DNA of 63,091 nt, filler included, from Globobulimina sp. (taxonomy: Eukaryota), in assembly GCA_003354225.1 (NCBI GenBank). It is 40 parts of 40 records of this genome, joined end to end, with 100 filler letters (N's around TTAATTAATTAA, not from the genome) between each part and the next. Parts side by side here need not be neighbours in the genome. Positions count along the whole stretch, not along the records: positions 1 to 1,481 come from PIVH01015998.1; positions 1,582 to 3,062 come from PIVH01015999.1; positions 3,163 to 4,643 come from PIVH01016000.1; positions 4,744 to 6,224 come from PIVH01016001.1; positions 6,325 to 7,805 come from PIVH01016002.1; positions 7,906 to 9,386 come from PIVH01016003.1; positions 9,487 to 10,967 come from PIVH01016004.1; 33 more parts are not named here. One strand, given 5' to 3'. Both the position numbers and the translations under genes were made by a program. Of the stretch, positions 1 through 11,067 are shown piece after piece (position 1 is the stretch's first letter; each line of letters starts with the position of its first letter). Under the pieces are notes generated by a model, which was given only the letters and a program-made list of their open reading frames with translations, ran no database searches and was not told the DNA's origin.

Positions 1-334
1 TATCAAAGTAGCAGCAATAAGATATATCAATAAAATATATTCTATCATTCAAAGCATCGTAACATATCCTTGATAACTCATTAATAAAAACATTATTCGA
101 ACCGACATCAATCCAAACTGCGCTGGCAAAACGAAACAATTTTGCTGTTTTATTGCCATTCGACACAAATAAATACTTGTTTTTGCGTTTATATACCATT
201 TGAATGAAAATATGTTTGTCATTGCGATCAAACTCATTCTCTTTGAGTTAGCATGCATAATATCAGAAGATCAGAAATGAATAATGTACAGGTTGTGTAT
301 CGTAGAAAATTGACGGAGAAAATATGCATGAATG

Positions 335-1066
335 CTAACTCAAAGACAGTAACTCTTTCCAAGCGGCATATTCCTCAAATAATTTTAAGCAATAAATGCT
401 GTGGTAGTGTTTGCGTACATTGTAAATAGCAATTATTAGTCCATATTGCTTATCATACGTAAGATTTGAACATTGGTTGGGATTCCAATAACTGTACCAA
501 TTCATTACAGAGCAAGCAGCCGTAATAGTGTCATATTCATAGAAATCATCTTTTTTATCATCAGTAATTGTAATCATTGAAGCATAATAATTGCACTCCT
601 CCAAAACGTTAGACGCATAATGACTGGCTGTACCGCATAAAACTATAACATCACAGAAATCTAAATCTGTGCATTTTAGGTTGTGGATATATAATGATTT
701 CGAGTTATTATATGAACTGTTTGTAAATAATGCTTTGTTTTTAATATTACAATGTATGCTTTTGCCAAAAATCCTTGTTTTATATGATAAGTTACAGGTA
801 TGATTGGAAAGATTTTCTATTTGGAAAATATGTCTATTCTTTGTTAATCCGTACATTGACAAACAAATATCATACACAATGTTTGGAACTGATAATTTGA
901 GAATTGAAGTGTATGATTTATCATCTCTTAATTCTGTAAATAATTCATTAATATATCCAAACGTTAGTAGTTCTATAAGAGAATTACTGTTACATTGTTG
1001 CTTCAAAACTGTTTGTTTTGTGTCGCTCTTTGCCAATAGACTTGATTTTGATGACTTGTTTCCCAT
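335..1066 (-). CDS. Hypothetical protein
   Basis: Long ORF in AT-rich DNA; the track start is TTG at 1102 and the first ATG is at 1066 (MGNK...); no motif recognised. Confidence 0.55.
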   Translation of the reverse strand: MGNKSSKSSLLAKSDTKQTVLKQQCNSNSLIELLTFGYINELFTELRDDKSYTSILKLSVPNIVYDICLSMYGLTKNRHIFQIENLSNHTCNLSYKTRIFGKSIHCNIKNKALFTNSSYNNSKSLYIHNLKCTDLDFCDVIVLCGTASHYASNVLEECNYYASMITITDDKKDDFYEYDTITAACSVMNWYSYWNPNQCSNLTYDKQYGLIIAIYNVRKHYHSIYCLKLFEEYAAWKELLSLS

Positions 1067-1157
1067 TGTTTCAATAATGTCAAAAATGGAAGTTTTTGTC
1101 AAAATTAAAGGACAAAACTGTCAAAACATGCAAGCATGACTCAAGATTTGTTATAAA

Positions 1158-1481
1158 TTATAATTCATCTTTTGTAGAAGGTGCTGCATCTTGAAAAGTT
1201 AGCCATTGCATAATCATTTCATACCATTCGTCAAAATGATCAATATGTGTACAATGTGCTGCATTTTTAATTGTATGCAATGTAACATTACTCCCAATTG
1301 CTTTTTCTTTAAATTCTGTCAATATCCCTTCAATAATATAATCATTACCTCCTCGATATGCAAGAATAGGAACTTTAATCTCTGCAATTTTATCTCCCAA
1401 ATCAGTAAACCCCATCTCTCCATTTGCCGGACACCACTCACATTCTGCAAACAATGCGCTATATATTTCCATATGCCATCC
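1158..1481 (-). CDS. Alpha/beta-hydrolase, C-terminal fragment
   Basis: IKVPILAYRGGNDYI (acid region) and TIKNAAHCTHIDH (catalytic His region); 5' part cut by the contig end. Confidence 0.75.
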   Translation of the reverse strand, partial: GWHMEIYSALFAECEWCPANGEMGFTDLGDKIAEIKVPILAYRGGNDYIIEGILTEFKEKAIGSNVTLHTIKNAAHCTHIDHFDEWYEMIMQWLTFQDAAPSTKDEL

Positions 1482-1581
1482 NNNNNNNNNNNNNNNNNNN
1501 NNNNNNNNNNNNNNNNNNNNNNNNNTTAATTAATTAANNNNNNNNNNNNNNNNNNNNNNNNNNNNNNNNNNNNNNNNNNNN
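1482..1581. other. Artificial contig linker (44 N + TTAATTAATTAA + 44 N), first of 39 copies
   Basis: Identical 100-bp spacer recurs every ~1580 bp up to 61513-61612; the 12-mer gives stops in all six frames; contig lengths fall 1481 > 1480 > 1479. Confidence 0.99.
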
Positions 1582-1839
1582 ACCATTAATAAAATCAAGT
1601 AAAAATGAAATTGAAAGAAAAGTAAAACTCCATCGATCTAGTTCGATCTGCTAAAAAAGAGAAAAAAACAAAGCTATCACATTTAAATAATTTTGATACC
1701 ATCAATAAATTATCATCATAATTTATGGCATAATATGAGTTTTATATTAATTCCTCACCATCACTCATAATTAAATTCGAACATTATAACATATCTCTAT
1801 TAATATACCGGTACTATTATTCATAAATAGTTGTAAAAT

Positions 1840-2997
1840 ATGGCAACCAATCCAATATACAAAAATCTATTACGCACAGCAAAAAAAATTGACAACGGTG
1901 GCACTGCCTTACAGTCTATTTTTTGTGGTTTGCCAGATCAGCTATATTCACATAATTTGCATAAAAACGTTTCTATTGGCACCGAAACATACAATGCCTT
2001 TGCTCTGTGTCTCAAAAATCAAATTACTCCGACAGAATATGCACAGCCCCGCCAATTGCAACCTATATCACTTCAAGATATTACTGAAAAATACAACGTA
2101 ACTCCAGAAGCAACCTACAGCAACGAAATTGTAACAGAAATGGAATTATTAGCCAATATTGCAGAGAAATTAGAAAATGCCAAGGCGGATACTTTGCATG
2201 CAGATGAACAGTCAATGTTAGATAATATTGCTGGAAGTGAATTAAACGCAGATGATTGGGCTCGTTCAGTGTTATTACAACATCCAATGAGTGTAAATAA
2301 TGAGTTGAGTGATCCAGGTGTTTTGTTAGGAGTGGCTGTGCCGAATGGAACAAATGTGGAGATGCCATTTTATCAATCAATCAAATTAAATCATAAATCA
2401 TTGTTGGACGTATCGTCTGTTATAAAAGATTCAGCTCGTTTGCAATGTAAACATATTATTGAGACATCGCATGGAAATTTATTCATTCCTGCAATATTTC
2501 ATGATTTACCATTGTATTTTGGTGGTGATTATAGTGATACAACTGAAGTGTTAACAACATGTAAATTTATTAGAGGTACACCAGTTATGGACGGTAAAAT
2601 ATTCTGGAATCCATGTTTAATGTCAGCAGAAAAAATGATTATGACTGGACATGCATCAATTGATCAATTTAAATTTTTTAAAGGCAAAATGTTGTGGAAA
2701 ACAGAATTATTTAACAATATAGTTCAAGAAAGAAATGTTTATTCTGCATTTATTCCAAAAGAAAATTTAAAAGCATCAGCTCAGTATTTAATAAATTCCA
2801 TTTGGAATGATGAGAATAATGAGAATCAATGGATGAATACATTAAAATATGCTCCAAATGAATGGAAACATTGGAGTCAGGTACAAAATATTATAAATTG
2901 TAAAGAAATCACCGAATTGAAACAACTGCATAAACAAACTGTTGCGAAGCAAATCCAACATTGGATGTGTAAAAGTAATGAAAAGTTTGAGAAATAG
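1840..2997 (+). CDS. Divergent YqgE/AlgH (DUF179)-like protein with N-terminal extension
   Basis: PGVLLGVAVP..PFYQSI, LPLYFGGD, PVMDGKIFW and FKFFKGKMLW follow the DUF179 motif order (GxLLvA, PvyxGGP, RFFxGYAGW); N-terminus IYKNLLRTAKKID is LYR-like. Confidence 0.55.
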   Translation: MATNPIYKNLLRTAKKIDNGGTALQSIFCGLPDQLYSHNLHKNVSIGTETYNAFALCLKNQITPTEYAQPRQLQPISLQDITEKYNVTPEATYSNEIVTEMELLANIAEKLENAKADTLHADEQSMLDNIAGSELNADDWARSVLLQHPMSVNNELSDPGVLLGVAVPNGTNVEMPFYQSIKLNHKSLLDVSSVIKDSARLQCKHIIETSHGNLFIPAIFHDLPLYFGGDYSDTTEVLTTCKFIRGTPVMDGKIFWNPCLMSAEKMIMTGHASIDQFKFFKGKMLWKTELFNNIVQERNVYSAFIPKENLKASAQYLINSIWNDENNENQWMNTLKYAPNEWKHWSQVQNIINCKEITELKQLHKQTVAKQIQHWMCKSNEKFEK

Positions 2998-5126
2998 TGT
3001 CAAATGTATATTTTAGCAAAACTTAAAGTTGTTGTTATTTTTAAAAATTGTTTTAATATTTTNNNNNNNNNNNNNNNNNNNNNNNNNNNNNNNNNNNNNN
3101 NNNNNNTTAATTAATTAANNNNNNNNNNNNNNNNNNNNNNNNNNNNNNNNNNNNNNNNNNNNTGATTTTTTAAACTAGTTTAATTTAACTGTTACATTTG
3201 TAACAATTCTTTAGATATATCTTTCAATGTTTTTTTTATTATATTTTCTTTATTTTATTTTTTTTTATTACGTACATCTTTGCTTTTTGTTGATTTAACT
3301 ATGTACATATTAGCTTTATTATTAACATATTTCCCTCTTTTTGCAAGGAGATGTTTTCTAAATCATTGATTATTACCACACAAACCGCCAACGATCAATG
3401 AAATATTATTGTAGATGAGGGTATGCGCGCAACCGCCAGAGCGCTACTGTCTGCAAATAAATAAAACATTAACTTGACTCGGCTGAAATGTGCCCCCAAC
3501 TAGCACTGACAATGCGACTGTCGTTGCTTCTCCGTTATTATTAACAATGTATTTAAAGTGACAATGGTGTATCCACGAGGCGTATATTATAAAATGTACG
3601 TATATTAAATAAACTGCTGCTCGATATTAAAATTATTAATTGAGCATATTGCAGTACATTTTGAATCGATTTAACATAAATATCTTATGTAATACCAGTG
3701 CTAATAGTATTTAATTTTATTTATTAATGACGTTGACTACAAAAAAATAAGAGTCAATTTTCTGTATTTAGTGCTTATTCATTTATTGCACATAAATGTT
3801 TTTGCTGTGATACAATGACATGTTTTTTCTTCAGCGTTAATATTATTTATATTTAACTGTATGATATCGCCATCATTGAATACTGGCATTATAATATATT
3901 ATTAATATTATCTGCAATGAGATGTGTGGATAATGGATATGTTGTATACCAATATAAAATAACTTGGGTACACTCATTGTAAAAACAACAGCAACATTTC
4001 ATATGTATCCACATCCAAATCCATTGGTAATTTATATGTTTTAGTGTTTAAAATTATTTTAATTTGTATCAATTATTGCAATTACTTGATGCATATTGAT
4101 TTAATGCCAATATTAATACTATCAAATATGGCTATTTTTGGATATATATTAATGAAACATGGTATAATATGCTAGATCGTTTTAATATTATTATCACGAC
4201 CTGTTATCTGATTGCATTACTCATTTATTATGTAAATACATTTGATTATGCTGTGCGGAAGCATTATAATATCGGAATTCATTAATTACAACAAATTGGA
4301 ATTCATAGAAGCTTTATCATAACCAATATTATTTGTATATGTTTTGGATTGGATGTACAGAATTTATATTGAATTATAAATGTTTGTATACAGTTTGTTG
4401 TGTTCTGTGCTCTCCATTTATTTACAGCTTAAAGCAAGACTCAGAAAGTAAATACTTATTTTATTGTACACATAATTCCGCCTCTTTTTCGAAGATGATT
4501 CATTGTAATATCAACATATGAAACAAAAATGTTATTAATATGGAAATAAATATAAATCGTCCATTAATATTTAATAATGACGGATTTAATTCTCATAAAT
4601 AATTATTGTATCAAAATATTTAATAATTTTGATATAACTCCGANNNNNNNNNNNNNNNNNNNNNNNNNNNNNNNNNNNNNNNNNNNNTTAATTAATTAAN
4701 NNNNNNNNNNNNNNNNNNNNNNNNNNNNNNNNNNNNNNNNNNNCATGCGACCCAAATCAATGAACCTGCAAATTCCGATGCGTAGTGTGATAATTGCTGT
4801 AGATTTTGTTAGTTTGTTATATTAGTTATAAATACAAAGATAAGTAAACATACATATCCCATGCTGTGTTGACTTTTGATGCCTTTGTTGTCTGTTACAC
4901 AAAATAATTAACAAATGATATTTAGCGGGATTATGAACTAATTTTCCAATTGTTTCTCCAGACCCAGTTGGTAGCTGATATCAGAATGATAACATACCAA
5001 AATAAGAGACGGAGATCATTGCCAGTGAGTTTAAGGTTTTCTGCAAGCGTTTCTTAAATTATCCTTGCACTCAATAACATGTGACAAAGTTCTGCAAAAT
5101 TAGCTTTTTAGTTTAATTACAAAAAT

Positions 5127-5909
5127 CTATCCAGTTCTCATGATTAGATGCGATCCAGAATCGGAATGAACAGCATATTGCGTAATTTGTCCAATGTCCA
5201 ATGCAAACGATGCTTTGCTAAATGGTTTCTGCATACGGGCGAATTCAAAAAATCCTAAATCTCCATCTTTTCGATAACTGCCACAATCTGATACTTTTGC
5301 TGCAATTTCGTGAAATTTTGCACCCGGATCGTTGCTATTATTGATCTCATGTAAATATTGTAATAATCGCTTATCTGCCTCGTCAACCGAGCGTTTCTTA
5401 ATTTTCTTGCCATCCATATCATTGTTTGGATTCCGACTCACTGGATTCCGAGATTTGATATGTTTAATTAAAATATGCGACGCCCGCACTCGTGACGGCA
5501 TTACTTTTGTTCTCATTATTAAATGCGATCCAGATGCGGTATGCACCACTTTTTGAGTGATTTGGTCCACATTCAAAGCAAACGCAGCCTCACTAAATGG
5601 TTTCTGCATTTCAGCAAAGCTAAAATCTCCTAAATCGCCGCCTGGCTCAGCATTCGCTGAAGAACAATCTGAATTTTTTGAGGCGATTTGATGGAATGTA
5701 GCCGCGGGGTCATTGGATGCATTGCTTTGTTGTAAATATTGCAGTAATATTTTGTCTGCGTCTGCAACGGATCTTTTTTTAATTTCATTGCCTTGCGGGT
5801 CTTTCCATGACGCCAACCGACGGGATTGCTTATGTTTTACTAAGATGTGTGCTGCGCGCACTTGACCGTTTGCTGGTTGAGGGTTTTGATCGTTTGCTGG
5901 TTGAGCCAT
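5127..5909 (-). CDS. Parvulin/Pin1-type PPIase with two tandem rotamase domains and no WW domain
   Basis: VRA(A/S)HIL(V/I)KH..SR, SDC(S/G)S, GDLG.F, MQKPFS.A.FAL and SGSHLIMRT each occur twice. Confidence 0.93.
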   Translation of the reverse strand: MAQPANDQNPQPANGQVRAAHILVKHKQSRRLASWKDPQGNEIKKRSVADADKILLQYLQQSNASNDPAATFHQIASKNSDCSSANAEPGGDLGDFSFAEMQKPFSEAAFALNVDQITQKVVHTASGSHLIMRTKVMPSRVRASHILIKHIKSRNPVSRNPNNDMDGKKIKKRSVDEADKRLLQYLHEINNSNDPGAKFHEIAAKVSDCGSYRKDGDLGFFEFARMQKPFSKASFALDIGQITQYAVHSDSGSHLIMRTG

Positions 5910-6072
5910 GTAGCTAGATTCTGGATATCCAAACTAGAAAAACTTTCTTTAAAAAGAGTAAGACTTACTTTGTTTCATTTCCACACAGGGGGCACAAACT
6001 AGTTGAAACTACATATTATATACGATGACAAACTACATATCATATCCACACAGGGAGAAATCATCAAATACG

Positions 6073-6224
6073 ATGACAGTTCTTGCAATCCTACTTCTCC
6101 TGGCTCACGTTTGCCATTCTGATTCCCAAACGTCTTTCTCATTTGCAAACACGCAGACTAACAATATGGTATTGCAACAAGCTCCGCTAAAAGCACAAAT
6201 ATGGGGATTTTCACCAATTGCTAA
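6073..6224 (+). CDS. Sialate O-acetylesterase-like protein, N-terminal fragment with signal peptide
   Basis: Hydrophobic leader, then FANTQTNNMVLQQAPLKAQIWGFS, matching the SIAE N-terminal pattern FAS...NMVLQ..P..A.IWG; truncated at the linker. Confidence 0.75.
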
Positions 6225-6324
6225 NNNNNNNNNNNNNNNNNNNNNNNNNNNNNNNNNNNNNNNNNNNNTTAATTAATTAANNNNNNNNNNNNNNNNNNNN
6301 NNNNNNNNNNNNNNNNNNNNNNNN

Positions 6325-7805
6325 CAAAAACTGCGTTTGAAGCCTGGAGACCTATTATGGAGAATACCTGCGGCAAATCCGTGTGGGAGTATGGCGTACA
6401 TTCATTGGCCTGGGCTCAGGATTGGAAAACGTCCACGCAATGGCCCTATTTGTATATGAGTGCGAATCTAAACAGAACCAATATGTGGCCCCAACCAAAA
6501 ACACCTTGGCCAGCCTGGCATGCTCATGATACGGTGCCTGTCACTACAAAAACATTATGGAACGTGCCCACAGCGGATATTATTAAAGCAAACGAATTGA
6601 AAAGTTATAGTATTAAGTTCGAGTTAGCAGCAAAAGGGCCAAGAACCAGAGATGAGACGTTGTTGAATAACAATAAAGTGACTTTCCACGCTGTTCCTGG
6701 CTATGTGGTATCGACTGAAATGAAGACAGCGCGTTTAATTATAAATACATCAGCGTCTGATTTGAAAATTATTAGCGTTGACTCATCCGATTCAAAAGTA
6801 TTAACAGCCACATTATCAACGGTTACTTCTGCGAATAGTATCATTAATATATTGCCTGTAAATGGCGGCCGTGCTGCTCTTCTCATTGGTTTTAGTGATG
6901 GTTCTCTGACGACAGCTCATTATGCTGTGATTCGTACTTCTTTTCATAATGCGGTGGATAGTCTGGGCTCGCATTGGCAAAATGACGCTTGGTTACCACG
7001 AGAGTTTGTTGATCCCTTTGGTCGGTCTGCTTCGATGATGCCATGGGATCGGGAGAACAAAGAGCATGTACTTGACGATAGTCGGGCATACGATGTTGGT
7101 CTGTCTGACGATGCAGGCGGTGGAAACCCATTGGGATATGCAATGAAAGTGGGACATGGTATGCCCATACAGGCTCAGGTGAGTCTGGTGGATGAGTTTA
7201 TAGATTTTACTTTGTATGGATATAAAACAGATACAGCGCAACCGCCTTATAAATCGTTGCAGATTCGGTATGATGATCCGTATCATGGCGACAGTCCGGA
7301 TGGTATACGGATGACTATGTATTATTATTCGAGCAGTACGAATCCATCAAACTCATCTTCTGGACATTTCAAATACGATTATACGGAAGCAAATAAGTGT
7401 GGTTTATATGGGATAGAGGGTGGACCGAATTGGTGTATGGACGAATCCAACGCAAATGCCACATATCGGGTATGATCCACATATGTTAACGTTTGATTAT
7501 GCATAGTTATTATTTTTACAATCTACAGGTGTTTAATTATCCGCATCATACTGCGTCTTATTATAATATGTATCGCATTGCCAGATATCATACGAATATC
7601 AAAACCACTCATGACTGGCAATGGTATTTACAACGTGCTGCAAACACCACCATCAAATTTGGAGCTCCAACCACAGGTTCTTGTATATATATAAAGTTTT
7701 AAACTCCAACTGAAATATACTGAACCTTTTTGAATGCAAACAGGTGTTATGGATGGTACTGTATTTCGAGAGGTATTGCGGTCATTGAAAGAGGAGGCGA
7801 TGGAT
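6325..7805 (+). CDS. DUF5695-like putative glycoside hydrolase, internal fragment with two introns (7470-7528, 7677-7743)
   Basis: DPFGRSASMMPWD, RAYDVGLSDDAGGG, FNYPHH and GVMDGTVF..L..LKEE; removing the two GT-AG introns restores one frame. Confidence 0.72.
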
Positions 7806-8169
7806 NNNNNNNNNNNNNNNNNNNNNNNNNNNNNNNNNNNNNNNNNNNNTTAATTAATTAANNNNNNNNNNNNNNNNNNNNNNNNNNNNNNNNNNNNNNN
7901 NNNNNTAATCTGTAAAAAACTGTAAATTCAAAGAGTTTACAGTAAAAACAGTAATTTCAAACTGAAAAGCAAAAAGTTAAATGTTACCTTTAACATTTTA
8001 TTATTAACCTATTTTCCTTCCTATGACTATCATACAAAGAGTCAACACAAATGTCTGACAATCAACTTTAAAAACTTTACTCCAACTCAACTAACTTCAA
8101 CTCTTCATCTGTTTCAATTCCAGCCAAATCAGTGCAAATCAGCAAACTTCATACCGCCGCGTCGTAAAA

Positions 8170-9343
8170 ATGAATTTTTTATCATTTATTGTTATCATAT
8201 TAATATCAAAGGTACACGGAGTCACAATAATTAATGATACACTTTTAAGTTTAGTAGTAACTAGTTTGCATATAAACAATCTGTTCATTATCTTCATTCC
8301 AAAAAAATAAACATTGTCAGGAGAAGAAGTCGTTTGTGGTGCAACTGTTTCTGACACAGCAGTAGGAGGTGAAGTATATTATCATCCATTTGAAATAACA
8401 GATGTAAATGGACAATTTGTTACAATTTCATCCTGCGAATCAGCCGCAAGGTATGATACAATGTTAACTTTATTTGATAGTGATGGTGATACAATCGGTT
8501 GGAATGATGATAATAAATTATGTGAAGTGAATCCAGGTACTTTCAAATCAATCCTTGTTTCAGGTTTATTACAAAGTGGTGACTATGTTGTATCCATTAC
8601 TGGATGGAATAGAACTTCTGGTGATTATAAATTAAAAATGGAATGCTTTGACCAAGGTAGTTTTTTATATTAACAAACAACAAGCTCTGTAACTGACCAT
8701 TATATAATTAGGTGATGATCTTAATTCAGATCAAGACGAAAATTGTAATTTTGTAAATTATAATGGCGCATTCAATCCATTAAATGATACGTTTGATACC
8801 ACTTTATTTGAGATGGATACATGTTATACAGCGGGATATAATTATTATTTTAGAATCGAGAGTAGTAGTGTCATAAATTATGATGCAATATCATGGAAAT
8901 TAGAGTGTAACGGAGAGCTTAATGGCTGGACAGAATATATATATGAAGGGGATGCCTGTACTGCTGCCAATTTAGCGGGTGAACGTGAAGTCGGTCCACA
9001 TTTTTTTGAATATAATTGCAAAGGAAATGACAATGGATGTGATGTAGTGACATATACATGCGGTGGTGAAACAAGTCAACTTATTGCCGGTGTATGTAGT
9101 GATGGTGTGACTGCTCAATGTGAACCTGTCGATGATGAGTATGTAAAAGTGTATGCCGATGATGATTGCTCTTCTTCTTCGTATGAAGTCTGGCCTACTA
9201 CTGATTGTTGGGATGATTGGCAATGTGCAGAAGGTACTGCAGATATCGGGTGTCGACAAGGTGCAACAATAGACCTTTGGAATTTATCCGGTCGAATTCG
9301 CCTTGAGTTCGAGTGCTTGGAACCTATGGTGGAGTGTATATGA
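8170..9343 (+). CDS. Secreted Cys-rich protein with PPC-like (DTxLxLxD...NDD) domain; intron 8657-8711, 5' exon structure uncertain
   Basis: Signal-like MNFLSFIVIILISK at 8170; SSCES..YDTMLTLFDSDG..IGWNDD; splicing 8657-8711 joins the 8314 and 8813 ORFs in frame. Confidence 0.65.
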
Positions 9344-9486
9344 TCTCTAAAGGGGTTTGTATGCAAATATATTTCTCTACATCGAGNNNNNNNNNNNNNN
9401 NNNNNNNNNNNNNNNNNNNNNNNNNNNNNNTTAATTAATTAANNNNNNNNNNNNNNNNNNNNNNNNNNNNNNNNNNNNNNNNNNNN

Positions 9487-10234
9487 GTAATTTCCATAAT
9501 TGAGTGTCATATATTTTATCAATATTTATCCATATATCATGATTATGTTTTCTGTCATAAGATATTTTTATAAATGTTTCTCTTTTCTGATTGGTTGTCA
9601 TTTCCCATATCATTGCAGGACAAAAATATCCATTGGAACACCGGAAATCTATTTTGTCGCCAACACGTAACCTTTTTGCTTGTTTATATGTCAGATGTTG
9701 TCTATTATTATTATTATTATTGTTATTATTCCATGTCCATGCATTTGGATTATTATTTTTAATGTTTTTGGGTATATTTGCACCAAAATTCCATCCACAA
9801 TTATCACTATCCCATGTCCAGGCATTTGGATTATTATTGTTATTACGCAAAGTCCATCCATTTGTAGCATTGTTTGATGAATTTTTATTATTTTGTGGTG
9901 CAACGATTTGAGGAAATTTATCTTCAAATCTTAATTCTTCGGGAGATTGCGATTGGAAACGATTAGTTCCTACACAAATATGTTGATAATAATGTATCAT
10001 ATTTGTTGTATCATTGTTGTATGAACATGGCTTAAATGTATATCCTTTTGTTCCTATTTGATCGGAATCATCAACTTGCATTTTATTTGTGTTTGTAGTT
10101 TGTTGTTGTCCATCACCGACTATTGTTGATGGTGGCAAATTGTTGTTGTTATTGTTTTGGTTCGCTTGGTTTGTTTGATTTGCATGATTTCTGATAAAAT
10201 TTGTTTGTGGATGTACACACCGTTTGGAAATCAC
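9487..10234 (-). CDS. Asn-rich protein with Nup98-like GLEBS motif, W-containing repeats and a Tudor/Agenet-like domain (partial)
   Basis: GTKGYTFKP...YQHIC...FQSQSPEELRFED; NNNPNAWTW twice; LRVGDKIDFR...IKISYD...DIWI. Confidence 0.6.
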
Positions 10235-10567
10235 TGTTACATTACAGACAAAAAATGAAATGCATACCTTTTGTTGTGAGAGGTTGAATTAATCCGAACG
10301 CTGTTTGTATTTATTTTATTTTTTGTTGGTTGTGTATTAATGGTAAATGAATAAATGATTATTATGCACATACCATATGTCACATTTGCATTTAATAAAT
10401 TTATTGTCAAATTGAATAGCTGCCATGAACGTGGATTTTAGGTTTTGATGAAGTTTTCTAGCAACGTTTTTGGAGGATTCGAAACAATCGAACAGAATGT
10501 TAATATAACGGATTTTTTCTTTGTTGCAACCTTATTCTTGAAATGTAATTATAAGATGTTTATGTGA

Positions 10568-10967
10568 TTAATCTGTATGGCCAAAACCAGTACAAGTGGG
10601 ATTACATGGTAATGAATCACATTTATCATACACAACGTGTGGTAAATTATTTCTTTCCCAAAACCAATCACCAACTAATTCCGATGAATTATAACCATTA
10701 ATTTTAGTTTTTGCACCACCATTAGCTACATTTAATCCTGTCACATGGTTATAACATCCAGCTAAAAATACACCATTTTCATTTGTGTTTTCATCAATTA
10801 AATAATTTAAAATTGAATGGCTCATTTGTGCCCCAAAATATTCAACATATCGTTTTGTATTTGCATTTTGTCCATTTGGCATTCCCATTTCATTTGTTAT
10901 TGCATCAGAATCAAATTGGTTATTTAATATAAATACTGGCGTCTTAAGGTAGTACAAGCATTAAAAA
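10568..10967 (-). CDS. Pectin acetylesterase/Notum family, C-terminal fragment
   Basis: LKTPVFILNNQFDS, GVFLAGCYNH, DWFWER and terminal CDSLPCNPTC. Confidence 0.8.
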
Positions 10968-11067
10968 NNNNNNNNNNNNNNNNNNNNNNNNNNNNNNNNN
11001 NNNNNNNNNNNTTAATTAATTAANNNNNNNNNNNNNNNNNNNNNNNNNNNNNNNNNNNNNNNNNNNN

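Noticed and set aside
3163..4643. Possible mitochondrial or alternative-code membrane gene in an ORF-poor AT-rich contig
   Set aside because: Hydrophobic stretches are broken by both TAA and TGA in the best frame and no known protein motif was recognised; at most a decayed pseudogene.
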